A stretch of DNA of 51,101 nucleotides from Candidatus Melainabacteria bacterium 17Bon1m (GCA_032128875.1 JAVLKG010000020.1:1-51101); one strand, 5' to 3'; shown: positions 39,169 through 50,344, counted from the first letter of the stretch. A program made the numbers and translations. The notes: a model not told the origin generated them from the letters alone.

Positions 39169-39734
39169 TTTAATTCGTCCAACTTCAAGTTCAGTTTTAA
39201 GACATTCACTCTTGGATCTCCAAACACGAGCCATTGTCTTGGCTCAGTCGTTTTTGAAATTAGGTCGCGGACTTTCGCGACATCCAGATTTCTTGCTCTT
39301 GCTACACGAGCAAGCTGATATTCAGCAGCTTCCACGCTAATGTGCGGGTCAAGGCCGCTTGCCGATGTTGTTATCAAATCCGTGGGAATTTTCAAAGCTG
39401 TCTGATTGTTTTTTTCGATATTCGTAGCGCGCTCTTTCATTTGGCTGATCAAATCCGCATTCGTAGGGCCCAGATTCGAGCCCCCCGAGCCGGATGCATT
39501 GTAAGGATAAGTACCGGTGGCGGACGGGCGTGAGAAAAAGTATTTCTCTTGAGAAAATTTCTGACCCAGCAAAGCCGACCCGACTATTTTTCCATTTTCA
39601 TTTATCAAGCTGCCGTTTGCCTGGTATGGGAAAAGAAATTGCGAAAGTAATGTGACGCCGACAGGGTAAAACAGCCCAGTGACGAACGTCATGACTAAAA
39701 GCAGCAAGAATGACTGTAGTGCGATTTTCGCCAT
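39165..39734 (-). CDS. kdpC: K+-transporting ATPase subunit C
   Basis: ANGSLI, GSALLGQ, SRPSA, SGGSNLGP, TSASGLDPHIS, VNVLKLN. Confidence 0.98.
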   Translation of the reverse strand: MAKIALQSFLLLLVMTFVTGLFYPVGVTLLSQFLFPYQANGSLINENGKIVGSALLGQKFSQEKYFFSRPSATGTYPYNASGSGGSNLGPTNADLISQMKERATNIEKNNQTALKIPTDLITTSASGLDPHISVEAAEYQLARVARARNLDVAKVRDLISKTTEPRQWLVFGDPRVNVLKLNLKLDELK

Positions 39735-39742
39735 AACATCTC

Positions 39743-41809
39743 CTATGTCAATCCAATGGCAGTGAGCGCCATGTCGATGAGCTTAATGCCAATAAAAGGG
39801 GTTATCAGTCCGCCCAGTCCATAAATGACGAGGTTGTCTCTGAGCAAGATAGCGGCGCCGACAGGGCGATACTTCACTCCGTGCAATGCAAGTGGAAGCA
39901 GCGCAGGAATGATAATTGCGTTGAAAATCACCGCGGATAAAATAGCGCTCTGGGGGCTGCTCAAGTGCATGAGATTCAACTTGTCTAGTACCGGATAGGT
40001 CGTCGCAAAAGCGGCAGGAATGATAGCGAAATATTTAGCCACGTCATTGGCGATACTAAATGTAGTGAGAGCGCCGCGCGTCATAAGAAGCTGTTTGCCG
40101 ATTTCCACTATTTCAATTAGCTTTGTAGGGCTGGAATCCAGATCAACCATATTTCCGGCTTCTTTTGCGGCTTGCGTACCTGTATTCATAGCCACGGCTA
40201 CGTCTGCCTGGGCAAGTGCGGGTGCGTCGTTGGTTCCGTCGCCAGTCATGGCAACAAGACGTCCACCTTGCTGTGTTTCCCTGATGAGCTTCAATTTTTG
40301 CTCGGGTGTCGCCTCGGCAAGGTAGTCGTCAACGCCCGCTTCTGCAGCGATTGCCGCAGCTGTAAGTGGATTGTCCCCGGTAATCATTATGGTCTTGATG
40401 CCCATAGACCTGAGTTGTGCAAAACGTTCTTTGATGCCACCCTTAACTACGTCTTTCAGTTGCACCACCCCAAGTACTCGCTGACTGTCTGCTACAACCA
40501 GCGGTGTGCTACCTTGTCGCGCGATTTCTTCCACTGCGATTCGAACGCTCTCTGGCAGGCTGCCGCCACGTTCGGCGACGTAGCTTTCGACGGCATCTTT
40601 AGCGCCTTTTCTCAAATTGCGTCCATCGAAGTCAACGCCGCTCATGCGAGTTTGTGCGGTAAATGGAACAAATGTTGCGTTTAGATCCTGAAGGTTGCGC
40701 GCCCGAATTCCATATTTTTCCTTTGCCAAAACGACAATACTTCTGCCTTCTGGCGTTTCGTCGGCTAATGAGGCGATTTGCGCAGCATCTGCCAGTTCCC
40801 TATCCGCCACACCTTCGGCAGGAATGAAATTGGCTGCCTGACGGTTGCCCAATGTTATTGTGCCGGTTTTATCCAGAAGCAGAACATCTACATCGCCTGC
40901 TGCTTCCACCGCTCGCCCTGACATTGCGATCACATTGGCTTTTATGAGGCGGTCCATGCCTGCAATCCCGATTGCAGACAGCAAGCCGCCAATGGTCGTC
41001 GGAATGAGGCACACTAATAGTGCAATCAAAACTGTGAGGCTTACTACTGTGCCTTGTCCAGCTGCCTTAACGCTATATCCAGAAAATGGAAAGAGAGTTG
41101 CTGTGACAAGGAGGAATACTAGTGTCATGCCTGCCAGCAGAATACTCAGGGCTATTTCATTGGGCGTTTTCTGCCGCTTTGCGCCTTCGACAAGTGAGAT
41201 CATCTTGTCCAAAAAGGTTTCGCCGGGATTTGCTGCAATCTTAATAACCAGCCAATCGGAAAGCACCTTCGTGCCTCCAGTCACCGAGCTTCTATCTCCG
41301 CCACTCTCTCTTATGACGGGCGCACTTTCCCCAGTTATGGCGCTTTCATCCACAGAAGCGATACCTTCGATGACATCGCCGTCGCAAGGAATGATGTCTC
41401 CTGCTTCCGCCAGTACAACATCACCTTTTCTCAGTTCTGACGCTGCTACTTGCCTAAATTCTGAACCATAAGCTGGGTTGTCTAATTTTTTTGCCAATAC
41501 TTCCTGGCGTGCTTTTTTCAAAGTGGCGGCCTGTGCTTTGCCGCGCCCTTCCGCGACAGATTCTGAAAAATTGGCGAAGAGTACCGTAAACCACAGCCAC
41601 AATGAAACAGCGAGAATGAAGCCGGACTTCTCTTCCGCAGCGCCGGAGAGCGCCGCGATATACAGGATAGTTGTGAGTACGCTGCCTACTTCGACAACAA
41701 GCATGACTGGATTTCTGACCTGAACACGCGGGTCAAGTTTTACGAATGAATCGAGAATTGCTCTTTGAACAATCGGGGCGGTGAACAGGCTTTTAGCTGC
41801 TTTGCTCAT
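39743..41809 (-). CDS. kdpB: K+-transporting ATPase subunit B
   Basis: [33 protein letters not shown]. Confidence 0.99.
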   Translation of the reverse strand: MSKAAKSLFTAPIVQRAILDSFVKLDPRVQVRNPVMLVVEVGSVLTTILYIAALSGAAEEKSGFILAVSLWLWFTVLFANFSESVAEGRGKAQAATLKKARQEVLAKKLDNPAYGSEFRQVAASELRKGDVVLAEAGDIIPCDGDVIEGIASVDESAITGESAPVIRESGGDRSSVTGGTKVLSDWLVIKIAANPGETFLDKMISLVEGAKRQKTPNEIALSILLAGMTLVFLLVTATLFPFSGYSVKAAGQGTVVSLTVLIALLVCLIPTTIGGLLSAIGIAGMDRLIKANVIAMSGRAVEAAGDVDVLLLDKTGTITLGNRQAANFIPAEGVADRELADAAQIASLADETPEGRSIVVLAKEKYGIRARNLQDLNATFVPFTAQTRMSGVDFDGRNLRKGAKDAVESYVAERGGSLPESVRIAVEEIARQGSTPLVVADSQRVLGVVQLKDVVKGGIKERFAQLRSMGIKTIMITGDNPLTAAAIAAEAGVDDYLAEATPEQKLKLIRETQQGGRLVAMTGDGTNDAPALAQADVAVAMNTGTQAAKEAGNMVDLDSSPTKLIEIVEIGKQLLMTRGALTTFSIANDVAKYFAIIPAAFATTYPVLDKLNLMHLSSPQSAILSAVIFNAIIIPALLPLALHGVKYRPVGAAILLRDNLVIYGLGGLITPFIGIKLIDMALTAIGLT

Positions 41810-43536
41810 TTTTGAAAAACCATTTGCAAATGTTCGACTATCGGCCCCAGTGCAAGAGCCGGAAAGAATGTCAATGCACCGAATATGATGACAACGGAAA
41901 TTAGCAGAATGACGAACAGTCCCGTGTCAGTTGGCAGTGTTCCTGCGCCTTTTGGAACTGTTTTTTTCACAGCCAGCGACCCGGCAATCGCTAATGCTGG
42001 CACCGCTAGCCAGAAGCGGGAGTACCACATGGCTATTCCCAGTGCTATGTTGTAGAACGGTGTATTGGCGTTGAGTCCCGCAAACGCGCTTCCGTTGTTA
42101 TTGCCCGCTGATGAGAAGGCATAAAGTATCTCGCTGAAGCCATGTGAGCCATGATTGCAAAGACTCGACAAGCCGCATCCCAGTGAGACTGCAATTGCTG
42201 TTCCTACCAGCACTATGGCTGGTGGAATGAGAATAATCAGCGAAGCCATTTTAATTTCGTAAGCTTCTATTTTTTTGCCTAAATATTCAGGCGTTCTACC
42301 CACCATTAACCCTGCGATGAAGACTGTGATTAAGGCAAAGACGAGCATTCCGTATAATCCGGAGCCGACACCACCGAATACCACTTCTCCAAGCTGCATC
42401 ATTAACATCGGCATCATGCCTGCGATTGGCAGCATAGAGTCATGCATCGAATTTACGGAACCGTTGGATGCGACCGTGGTGGCAGTAGCCCAAAGTGCGG
42501 AATTGAATATTCCAAACCTTACTTCTTTGCCTTCCATGTTGGCGGTGCTAGCCAGGTTGGCGACTTGATGGAATAGAGGGTTTCCCGCCGACTCACTCAG
42601 CGAACAAATCAGCAATGCTGCTAAGAAAATGGCGAACATGCTTATGAAAATCACTGCGCCTTGTTTGATTTGTCCCACCATTTTTCCAAACGTCCAGCAC
42701 AGTGCTGCCGGAATAATCAGAATTGCCAGCACCTCAAGAAAATTGCTTACCGGTGTTGAATTCTCCAGCGGATGACTGGAATTCACGTTGAAAAATCCAC
42801 CGCCGTTCGTGCCTAGTTGTTTTATCGCCACTTGTGATGCTGCAGGACCCAGGGCTATGAGTGGACCCTGTACTTCTGCACCTTGATTGTCCTTTATGGC
42901 TTCAATCGGTGAGTATTTAGCATAAGGATTGAACGTCTGAACAACTCCTTGAGAAACCAAGGTCAATGCAAGCACAATCGACAGAGGCAGCAGGACATAA
43001 TAGACACTGCGAACAAGATCAACCCAAAAGTTGCCGATGAGCTCAGTCGATTGGCGTGCAAAGGCTCTAATGAAAGCCGCTAGTAACGCCATTCCGGTTG
43101 CGGCGGAGACAAAGTTTTGCACTGTCATCCCGAGCATTTGCGTCAGGTAAGACATTGTCTGCTCTCCGGAATAACCTTGCCAATTTGTGTTGCTGGCAAA
43201 ACTTATTGCTGTGTTCAGCGCGCTATCTGGCGAAACGGCGGCTAGCGCTTGAGGATTAAGAGGCAAAAAGATTTGCATACGTTGAAGCGCATAAACTACA
43301 ACCAGTCCCATACAGTTGAAAACCAGCATGCTCAGCGCATAGCGCTTCCAATTCATCTCGCTTGTCGCATCTATCGAGCAAAGTCGATAAGTGATTTTTT
43401 CAAGTGGTGAAATCAAAGGGGCGAGGAACGTTTTCCTACCCTCATAGACATCTGCCATAAAAAGACCCAAGGGTATTGATAAAGCAGTGAGGGCGAAAAC
43501 GAAGATTAGAAGCTGGGTTATGTCAGGGGATGCCAT
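41806..43536 (-). CDS. kdpA: K+-transporting ATPase subunit A
   Basis: [38 protein letters not shown]. Confidence 0.99.
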   Translation of the reverse strand: MASPDITQLLIFVFALTALSIPLGLFMADVYEGRKTFLAPLISPLEKITYRLCSIDATSEMNWKRYALSMLVFNCMGLVVVYALQRMQIFLPLNPQALAAVSPDSALNTAISFASNTNWQGYSGEQTMSYLTQMLGMTVQNFVSAATGMALLAAFIRAFARQSTELIGNFWVDLVRSVYYVLLPLSIVLALTLVSQGVVQTFNPYAKYSPIEAIKDNQGAEVQGPLIALGPAASQVAIKQLGTNGGGFFNVNSSHPLENSTPVSNFLEVLAILIIPAALCWTFGKMVGQIKQGAVIFISMFAIFLAALLICSLSESAGNPLFHQVANLASTANMEGKEVRFGIFNSALWATATTVASNGSVNSMHDSMLPIAGMMPMLMMQLGEVVFGGVGSGLYGMLVFALITVFIAGLMVGRTPEYLGKKIEAYEIKMASLIILIPPAIVLVGTAIAVSLGCGLSSLCNHGSHGFSEILYAFSSAGNNNGSAFAGLNANTPFYNIALGIAMWYSRFWLAVPALAIAGSLAVKKTVPKGAGTLPTDTGLFVILLISVVIIFGALTFFPALALGPIVEHLQMVFQK

Positions 43537-43632
43537 CTAGAGTGATTCCGGAATTAAGAGGCAAATTAGGAGGTAAACGCCGAGAAGCGCCGCAATGATG
43601 GCTGCGATTGCGTAGATTGTGGTTAGTGTCAT
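43537..43632 (-). CDS. kdpF: KdpF stabilising peptide (31 aa)
   Basis: MTLTTIYAIAAIIAALLGVYLLICLLIPESL carries the YL..LL.PE signature and abuts kdpA. Confidence 0.9.
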   Translation of the reverse strand: MTLTTIYAIAAIIAALLGVYLLICLLIPESL

Positions 43633-43721
43633 AACGATTTCAATCGCTCCAGACCCTCTGCAAGAAGGAATGTAGAGGCAGCCATGCCAGCAATTAGAAG
43701 TAGCATTTGTACGTCTTCCAT
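43629..43721 (-). CDS. Unannotated 30-aa membrane peptide upstream of kdpF
   Basis: MEDVQMLLLIAGMAASTFLLAEGLERLKSL; its TGA overlaps the kdpF ATG (ATGA). Confidence 0.7.
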   Translation of the reverse strand: MEDVQMLLLIAGMAASTFLLAEGLERLKSL

Positions 43722-43802
43722 AATCAACATCCAGCGTTTCCTCAAGTACACTTCTAATATGGTTCTTGCGGCGTCTTCCCAGAGTAAAGAAAACGCACTC
43801 AG

Positions 43803-43828
43803 ACATCAAAAAAGTGTAAGTGCCAGAA
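43803..43828 (-). promoter_or_regulatory. Putative KdpE-type operator of the kdp operon
   Basis: Minus strand TTCTGGCACTTACACTTTTTTGATG resembles the E. coli KdpE site TTTATACTTTTTTTACA; a 17/18 identical copy lies at 44949-44966. Confidence 0.6.
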
Positions 43829-43855
43829 TCGTTGTCCTTTACCTGGAATGTATTG

Positions 43856-44884
43856 TCATTTAGAAGCTGTCAGGGTCTTTTCGCCTTGTGCAACCATCGC
43901 CAGTTCCAGCAGCATGCGTTTCATCTTCCAGACCTCAGCATGTAGTTGCTGGAGCATAATGCTGCGTGACGTCAATGTGGCTATCGACAAACCTTTCTTT
44001 TGAGGAACGCTGGCTGTGATGGCGTCAAGTTGACGTTTTGAATGTCTATCTGTGAATTGCGACATATTTGAGTCAGAAATCCAGCGGTCAACGAGCTGTT
44101 CAATTCTTTTTTTGCCGCTGGCGTCTTCTGGTGGCACTTGATTCAGAAATGACCACACGGAGGCTGGGTATTCAATATCCGGATTGGTGGGATATCCGAA
44201 GATCTTCGCGAGCATATTCGGCTCAACTTCAGACATCTTCTTCTTGCCATTTATCTGTTTTAGCGTCCACAGTGACGCAATTGAAGGCACGACGCCGGCA
44301 GGAATTCCGACTATGCCGGATGGAATCGCGAACATCGCATTCTTATATCCGGGAATTGCTAATGCTTCGCAAACCGCCCACAGCGCGCCATTGCTGATGA
44401 AGCCGGCAGCATTAGTTCTTGCAATTGATTTATCTCGATCGCTGGTAAATGTAGCAAGGATTTCTTCGTAAACCTGATGCTCTGCTTCTATCGCTGCAAC
44501 TGCGAAGTCAATTTCCAGGTTTGTTCTTTGTATTAGCTCGAAAACAGATTGTCGCGTTTCTAAGAGAGCCTGCCTTGCCTTCAAATTTTCGTCACTACCG
44601 AGGCTTGTCGATTCGAGACTTGAACGTATTGACTGAAGCTGTTCTAGAAGAGGGGTTAGACCGATCGTATTTGCTAGTTGCATTCCGTTTGGTGATACGA
44701 CGCGGGTATTCAGACTAACGCCGGTTTTTAGAATCTGCTTCGGAATCTCTACTGTGTTGGCGGATGATTCGTTTGCTTTACTTTTAACGCCGCCTGAATT
44801 GCCGGTTGACTGCGCTAGACATGTCGGTGCGCACTGGAGCAATACAACAGCGGACAAAAGGGCGGCGATGTCTAACTTCTTCAT
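43856..44884 (-). CDS. Secreted helical hypothetical protein
   Basis: Signal peptide (MKK...CLA-Q); coiled coil followed by a hydrophobic hairpin. Confidence 0.85.
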   Translation of the reverse strand: MKKLDIAALLSAVVLLQCAPTCLAQSTGNSGGVKSKANESSANTVEIPKQILKTGVSLNTRVVSPNGMQLANTIGLTPLLEQLQSIRSSLESTSLGSDENLKARQALLETRQSVFELIQRTNLEIDFAVAAIEAEHQVYEEILATFTSDRDKSIARTNAAGFISNGALWAVCEALAIPGYKNAMFAIPSGIVGIPAGVVPSIASLWTLKQINGKKKMSEVEPNMLAKIFGYPTNPDIEYPASVWSFLNQVPPEDASGKKRIEQLVDRWISDSNMSQFTDRHSKRQLDAITASVPQKKGLSIATLTSRSIMLQQLHAEVWKMKRMLLELAMVAQGEKTLTASK

Positions 44885-44940
44885 TGCGAACTATCCTCGG
44901 CTAGGAAACCATCTGGTGCCCGCTAAGGGTAGTTCGTTAG

Positions 44941-44966
44941 TAATAAAGAAAGTGTAAGTGCCGGAA
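44941..44966 (-). promoter_or_regulatory. Second putative KdpE-type operator
   Basis: Minus strand TTCCGGCACTTACACTTTCTTTATTA, about 65 bp upstream of the 44884 start. Confidence 0.55.
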
Positions 44967-45196
44967 GTGCGTGTGTAAAAATGCCATTTATTGTCCAACC
45001 CGTGGGAGTTTAAGACCCCGGACCCGAGGTTAAGGACAAATTGATGATCTCTTTATATCCGGGACACTTTCTTTTAGCTCTTTTCGACGATCATTGTAGT
45101 GCAAGTGTTTAGACACCATGCATCAGTCAGCCGAAGCAAATGACTGTAGCAGTCCCCCAGAGAAGAGCCCGCAATTGTCAGACTGTATTTCTAAAA

Positions 45197-45373
45197 TCAA
45201 TTAGAGTCGCTTTGCAGTTGAAGTTCTATTCCCTCTTCTTTCAGTGAGTTCTGGAGGTCTTCTATTTCGGCATCTAACTTTTTCAGTGATGCTTCTGACT
45301 CCTTGATTTGGTTGGCTAGCTGTCTACGTGCTTCCTTTAGGCGTTCTAAGTGTTCTAGTAATCGCTTCGGCAT
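45197..45373 (-). CDS. Small coiled-coil protein (58 aa)
   Basis: MPKRLLEHLERLKEARRQL...; heptad pattern; purine-rich upstream sequence. Confidence 0.55.
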   Translation of the reverse strand: MPKRLLEHLERLKEARRQLANQIKESEASLKKLDAEIEDLQNSLKEEGIELQLQSDSN

Positions 45374-45540
45374 ATTTACTCGCCGTTCCCCCCTGTCTCC
45401 TTGTCCCCCCACTAATTTCTATTAGATAAAAGGACCAGCAAATTCGTCAAGTCACTGAACTGTAACGATTGTCCTTAATCCCCCGAATGGGTAATATCCA
45501 GTAAACTTTCGGCTGTGATTAAATCCATTCAGTGGGCTGA

Positions 45541-46800
45541 TTGCGCAAATGTGGTGTCTCTGTGTCAGAAGACTTGCTAAAGGTGCTTAGTGAGACTAAG
45601 GCCGCTCTCCATGCACGCACCGTAGAGCGCGACAGCGCGCTGAAAGAGCTGAATGAAAAAGTTGCCGAACTGGACGCCGCTCAGTCCGGTCTGGCAGACA
45701 CGAATATACAGCTTGAACTTGCATCCAAATCACTTGAATCAAATCAGGACGACCTCCGGCAAACGCGTGAGTTGTTGAGCGAGTCTAACGTCGCACTGCT
45801 GGACAAAAAGCGAGAGGCTAAGGAAGCATCCAAACGTCTAGAAGCTCAAGTAGAAGAAAATCGGGTTTCTCGCCAGGCTGTTCGAGAAAGCAAAGTCGAG
45901 TTACAGAGTCGCAACGCCGATTTGGTCGAACGTACGGCGCAACTCGCCTCTTCTGCTTTGGAATTGTCGCGTATCACTGCAGAACTTGTCATCTTGAATG
46001 AGCATGCTGAGAGCAAAACTGTTGAGCTGGAGAGGCGCAACCGTCAGCTTAGCCGGACCAATGAAGAGTTGAATCAACTTTTGCAACAGCGTGATGACTT
46101 TGTCGCCTCTTTGACCCATGATCTCAAAAATCCGTTAATTGGTGTAAATCGCATCCTTGAAGCGATTTTGGCTGGAGCGGTCAGCCCGGAAGACCAAAGT
46201 ACTCTTCTCAAGCAAGTCCACAGCAGTAACAACTTTATGCTGCACATGATCTGGAACTTGCTGGACACGTATAAGCATCATTCGGGCGCGCTCACGCCGC
46301 AGCTCAAGCCAGTGAATCTGGTGGCTTTATTGCACGCCATTTTGGAGGAATTTTCATTCCATATGGCGTCAAAAAATCAGAGCGCTAAGCTGGAGATTCC
46401 AGCATCCTTTCCTGATGTTCAAGCGGACATGGTGTTACTCCGCAGGGCTTTGTTTAACTTGGTCGATAATGCTATTAAGTTTACGCCTGAAGGTGGCAGC
46501 ATTGAGGTCTTTGGTGAGTTTGACGGTGCTACAGTCAGACTTTCGGTTCGTGACTCAGGCAAAGGCATTCCTTACGAGCAGAGAGAAAAGTTATTCTCAC
46601 AGTTCTGGCAGGGGCGAAGAGGTGTTGAGAATCAGATAGGTACCGGTCTAGGACTATATTTGACCAAGAACATTGTCGATTTGCACGGTGGAAACCTGGA
46701 ATGTTCCAGTGTTGATGGAGCGGGGGCTACCTTTTCCATTTCGCTGCCAAGAAAAGCGACCTGCGGCGATGTATTAGGAGCTGACTCGAGCCGGCGTTAG
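45541..46800 (+). CDS. Cytoplasmic histidine kinase with a long coiled-coil N-terminus
   Basis: About 180 aa of heptads with no TM; THDLKNPL, NLVDNAIKFT, DSGKGI, GTGLGL; start may be GTG 45562. Confidence 0.92.
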   Translation: MRKCGVSVSEDLLKVLSETKAALHARTVERDSALKELNEKVAELDAAQSGLADTNIQLELASKSLESNQDDLRQTRELLSESNVALLDKKREAKEASKRLEAQVEENRVSRQAVRESKVELQSRNADLVERTAQLASSALELSRITAELVILNEHAESKTVELERRNRQLSRTNEELNQLLQQRDDFVASLTHDLKNPLIGVNRILEAILAGAVSPEDQSTLLKQVHSSNNFMLHMIWNLLDTYKHHSGALTPQLKPVNLVALLHAILEEFSFHMASKNQSAKLEIPASFPDVQADMVLLRRALFNLVDNAIKFTPEGGSIEVFGEFDGATVRLSVRDSGKGIPYEQREKLFSQFWQGRRGVENQIGTGLGLYLTKNIVDLHGGNLECSSVDGAGATFSISLPRKATCGDVLGADSSRR

Positions 46801-46824
46801 CAAAGTTGATGGGATCACTCTTTT

Positions 46825-47137
46825 GAGGGATTAAAAGTCAGAGCAGCTTGCACCGACACGTGCGAGCAACATTTGAATCAGGCGCAGAAATCGATTTGCT
46901 GCTTTTTCTTCATTCAAACCGGAAGTGGCAGATCAGATAGCAAGCATATTCGAACAACCTGAAGATGCCGTTAAAGATTCATTGCTACGACTGGAATACA
47001 AAGGCTTGCTATCGCGTTCAGACACGAGCTTTAAGTATCATTTGACGACCTCTCTTGCCAGCGCTTTGACAAATCTTCTTGCTATTCACTACAAAGCAAA
47101 ACGTCTACAGACTATTCGATTTATGTATGAAGATTGA
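46825..47137 (+). pseudogene. Probable frameshifted small winged-helix-like gene
   Basis: One frame reads ...FESGAEIDLLLFLHSNRKW; a different frame continues ADQIA...LLRLEYKGLL...YKAKRLQTIRFMY; the shift falls near 46925. Confidence 0.5.
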
Positions 47138-47204
47138 GAGCAATTTTTTTTTGTTTTACCTTCTCATCTTTTGCAGATATTTTGCAAAGTATTGCTCAGT
47201 TGGG

Positions 47205-50200
47205 CTACGCACCAGTTCGTGTCAGCTTATCGCCTCGTCCAGAATCTTCACTTGGAACTTTGTTCACCTTTAAGGTGCTGACTTTTTTCGATGTTAATTT
47301 GTACATCACAGGTAATACCATGAGCGTAAGCAAAGTTGCTGACACCAGTCCCCCCAGGACCACAGTTGCAAGTGGCCGTTGGACTTCGGAGCCTGTCCCG
47401 CTGGAGAAAATCTTGGGTAAAAGACCCATTATTGCTACAAGAGCCGTCATCATTACCGGTCTGAATCGTATAATCGCACCTTCGCGAATTGCATCTTCTG
47501 CAGACAGTCCAGATTCATTCAACTGGCTGATGTATGTAACTAGAATTACTCCGTTTTGCACTGCCACGCCAAAGAGCGCGATGAAGCCGATTATGGCTGG
47601 TACGGAAATAGGTTGGTGCGTAATGGATAGACCCACAATGCCGCCAATGACAGCAAATGGAACATTGGCCATTACCAGACAAGCGTTTTTGAAAGAATTG
47701 AATGCCGCAAAAAGAAGAATGAAAATCAGAAACAGAACTATCGGTACTACGATTGCTAACTTCGACATTGCTCGTTGCTGGTTTTCGAACTGCCCTCCCC
47801 AAACGATTTTGCAATCTCGCGGCAATTGCACCTGTTTGCCCACCTTTTCTTGCGCCTCTTGAACAAAGCCACCAAGGTCTCTGCCTCTAATATTGCAAAG
47901 GACTGCGGTTCGTCTTTGTGCTTCCTCTCTATTGACCATGACCGTACCGGGTTCCAAATCAATACTCGCCAAAGCTTTAAGCGGAATCGATGCACCTGAT
48001 GCCGTCGTAACCAATAAGTTGCGTATGTCTTCTATCGAGTCCCTCGCTTTGTGGGGCAGTCGCACAAGCACACCGAATCTCTTGTTCTCTTCGAAAACCT
48101 CTGTTACGACGCTGCCTGCGAGTGCTGTTTGAATATATCTTTGTACCGTTTGGACGTTCAAGCCGTATCGCGCTAACTTGTCTCTATCGAGGTGAATATT
48201 CAATTGCGGCGAACCCAGCATGCGTTCTCTTTGTACATCTGCGGCTCCTCTTATATTTTCAATCGTGTTTAACACTTCCTGCGAAATCCCATCTATTCGG
48301 TGGAGATCATTACCAAAGACTTTGATCGCCAGGTCGGCTTTGACTCCAGAAACAAGATCGTCGACCATGTCTGAAATCGGCTGTGAAAAACTGTACACAA
48401 GGCCTGGAATTTCATTTAGCCTTTTGGACATTTTCTCTATCAGCTCTTCTTTACTGGAAACTGTCCACGTTTTCTTTGGCTTCAGACCGACATAGATATC
48501 GGCGTTGTCGACACCATCCAGGTCAGAGCCCATGCCTGATCTACCAATTCTTGAAACGACAATAGTTACTTCAGGAAACTCTTTGATCACCGATTCGACA
48601 ACGCGAGATATCTCAATTGATTGAGTGTGGGCAACGCTAGGAGCAAGTTTCGTACGCAGCAATATTGACCCTTCATCCAAAGTTGGAATAAATTCCGAGC
48701 CCAAAAGTGGTATCAGCGATAATGAGAAAATTAGCGCTATAAAGGCTGCCAAAACTATTCTCTTCGGTTTGTTAAGTGCACTATCCAGTAGATTTCTATA
48801 GATCCTTCTCGGAAAGCTGAGAAGAGGACTTTCTTTGTCGACGATATTGCCCCTCAAAAAATAGAAACACAGCAAGGGAATGATAGTGAGAGAAGCAATA
48901 AGGGCTCCTAAAATGGCATAGATAAACGTCAATGCTAGAGGCTGAAACATCTTTCCTTCTATTCCCTCGAGAGTAAAAAGAGGGATATAGACGGCAATAA
49001 TGATCAAGATTGAAAACATAATCGGCTTTCCTACTTCTTTTGCTGCCGAAAATGTTGTCTCAAGAATCTCATCTGTGTTCAGAATTCTTCCATTCTGCTG
49101 TTTTTCAGCCAGATGCCGAAAAACATTTTCTACCATTACAACGCCTGCATCCACAATCACGCCGAAATCAACAGCTCCCAGGGTCATCAGGTTGGAAGAG
49201 AGTCCTGTTAGCTTCATTAATACAAAGCTGAATAACAGAGAGAGCGGTATTATGGCGGCCGCAATAAATGCGGCGCGAATTTGCAGAAGAATGGCGGTCA
49301 AAATTATTATCACGAGGGCTCCGCTAAAGAGAAGAATCTCTTTAACGGTGTCCATGGTTTTGTCTACAAGCTCCATTTGGTTGTAATAAGGAATTACCCG
49401 CACACCTTCGGGTAATTCCTTTTGCAAGTCTTTCAGGCATTCCTCTACTGCTGTAACTACTTCCTTGGTATTGACCCCTTTGCGGGTCAGAACTATTCCT
49501 GTTACAGCTTCGCCTTCTCCATTCATAGACGCCGAACCTCGGCGGAAAGCACCGTTGATAGACACAGATGCAATTCTGCTTAATTTGACTGGTGTTCCTT
49601 GGTATTCTCGAAGAACTATGTTTTCTATATCATCGACTCTGTTGATTCGACCAAGTCCGCGAATGATGATTTCTTCGCCGCCTTGTTCAATGAAGTTGCC
49701 GCCGGCATTGGAATTGTTCGATTCGACAGCATCGATTACTTCTTTGAGGCTGACGTGATATGCCTTCATTCGATCAGGGTTGAGCAGCACCTGATACTGT
49801 TTTACAAAACCACCATATGAGACGACATTTCCCACGCCTGGAACGCTGCGCAGTTTCTTTGCTATAGTCCAGTCTTGAATTGTTCTCAGTTTTATATTGT
49901 CCTGCGGACCTTCCACGTAATACATAAAGACATTACTGAAACTTGAAACCACAGGGCCTAATTGAGGTCGCGGCACATCTTTTGGAAAGGATACGGTGTT
50001 CAGCCTTTGCTGTACTAGCTGTCGAGCAAAATACACATCCATGCTGTCTTTGAAGATAACCGTTACAACGGACAGTCCGAAACTCGAGTTGCTTCGTATA
50101 GTCGTCTTTCCAGGCACTCCAGCCATAGCATTTTCTATTGGAATAGTGACAAGCGACTCGATTTCTTCTGTCGCCATACTCTCCGGCTCGGTAATTATTT

Positions 50201-50342
50201 GAACTTGAACGTTGCTGACGTCCGGAAATGAATCCATTGGCAAAGCCGCAAAAGACATCAGCCCAATAACAACTAAAACCACCGAAAGTGCAATTACGGC
50301 AAGCCTTTGTTTAAGTGAGAATTCAATCAGTCTATCTATCAC
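47205..50342 (-). CDS. czcA: CusA/CzcA family heavy-metal efflux RND transporter
   Basis: DSFPDVSNVQVQI, LRTIQDW, NLMTLGAVDFGVIVD, MFQPLA, FGVAVQNG, RFRPVMMTA, EVQRPLATVV. Confidence 0.93.
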   Translation of the reverse strand: MIDRLIEFSLKQRLAVIALSVVLVVIGLMSFAALPMDSFPDVSNVQVQIITEPESMATEEIESLVTIPIENAMAGVPGKTTIRSNSSFGLSVVTVIFKDSMDVYFARQLVQQRLNTVSFPKDVPRPQLGPVVSSFSNVFMYYVEGPQDNIKLRTIQDWTIAKKLRSVPGVGNVVSYGGFVKQYQVLLNPDRMKAYHVSLKEVIDAVESNNSNAGGNFIEQGGEEIIIRGLGRINRVDDIENIVLREYQGTPVKLSRIASVSINGAFRRGSASMNGEGEAVTGIVLTRKGVNTKEVVTAVEECLKDLQKELPEGVRVIPYYNQMELVDKTMDTVKEILLFSGALVIIILTAILLQIRAAFIAAAIIPLSLLFSFVLMKLTGLSSNLMTLGAVDFGVIVDAGVVMVENVFRHLAEKQQNGRILNTDEILETTFSAAKEVGKPIMFSILIIIAVYIPLFTLEGIEGKMFQPLALTFIYAILGALIASLTIIPLLCFYFLRGNIVDKESPLLSFPRRIYRNLLDSALNKPKRIVLAAFIALIFSLSLIPLLGSEFIPTLDEGSILLRTKLAPSVAHTQSIEISRVVESVIKEFPEVTIVVSRIGRSGMGSDLDGVDNADIYVGLKPKKTWTVSSKEELIEKMSKRLNEIPGLVYSFSQPISDMVDDLVSGVKADLAIKVFGNDLHRIDGISQEVLNTIENIRGAADVQRERMLGSPQLNIHLDRDKLARYGLNVQTVQRYIQTALAGSVVTEVFEENKRFGVLVRLPHKARDSIEDIRNLLVTTASGASIPLKALASIDLEPGTVMVNREEAQRRTAVLCNIRGRDLGGFVQEAQEKVGKQVQLPRDCKIVWGGQFENQQRAMSKLAIVVPIVLFLIFILLFAAFNSFKNACLVMANVPFAVIGGIVGLSITHQPISVPAIIGFIALFGVAVQNGVILVTYISQLNESGLSAEDAIREGAIIRFRPVMMTALVAIMGLLPKIFSSGTGSEVQRPLATVVLGGLVSATLLTLMVLPVMYKLTSKKVSTLKVNKVPSEDSGRGDKLTRTGA

Positions 50343-50344
50343 TT

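Noticed and set aside
43633-43809. 90-aa extended kdpF from the ORF track
   Set aside because: KdpF is about 30 aa; the extension overlaps the promoter region and a better small ORF in another frame.
44970-45195. Riboswitch or ncRNA near the kdp region (e.g. c-di-AMP)
   Set aside because: I could not recognise any consensus motifs by eye; an Rfam/Infernal scan would be needed.
47134-47862. 242-aa plus-strand ORF
   Set aside because: Antisense shadow of czcA.
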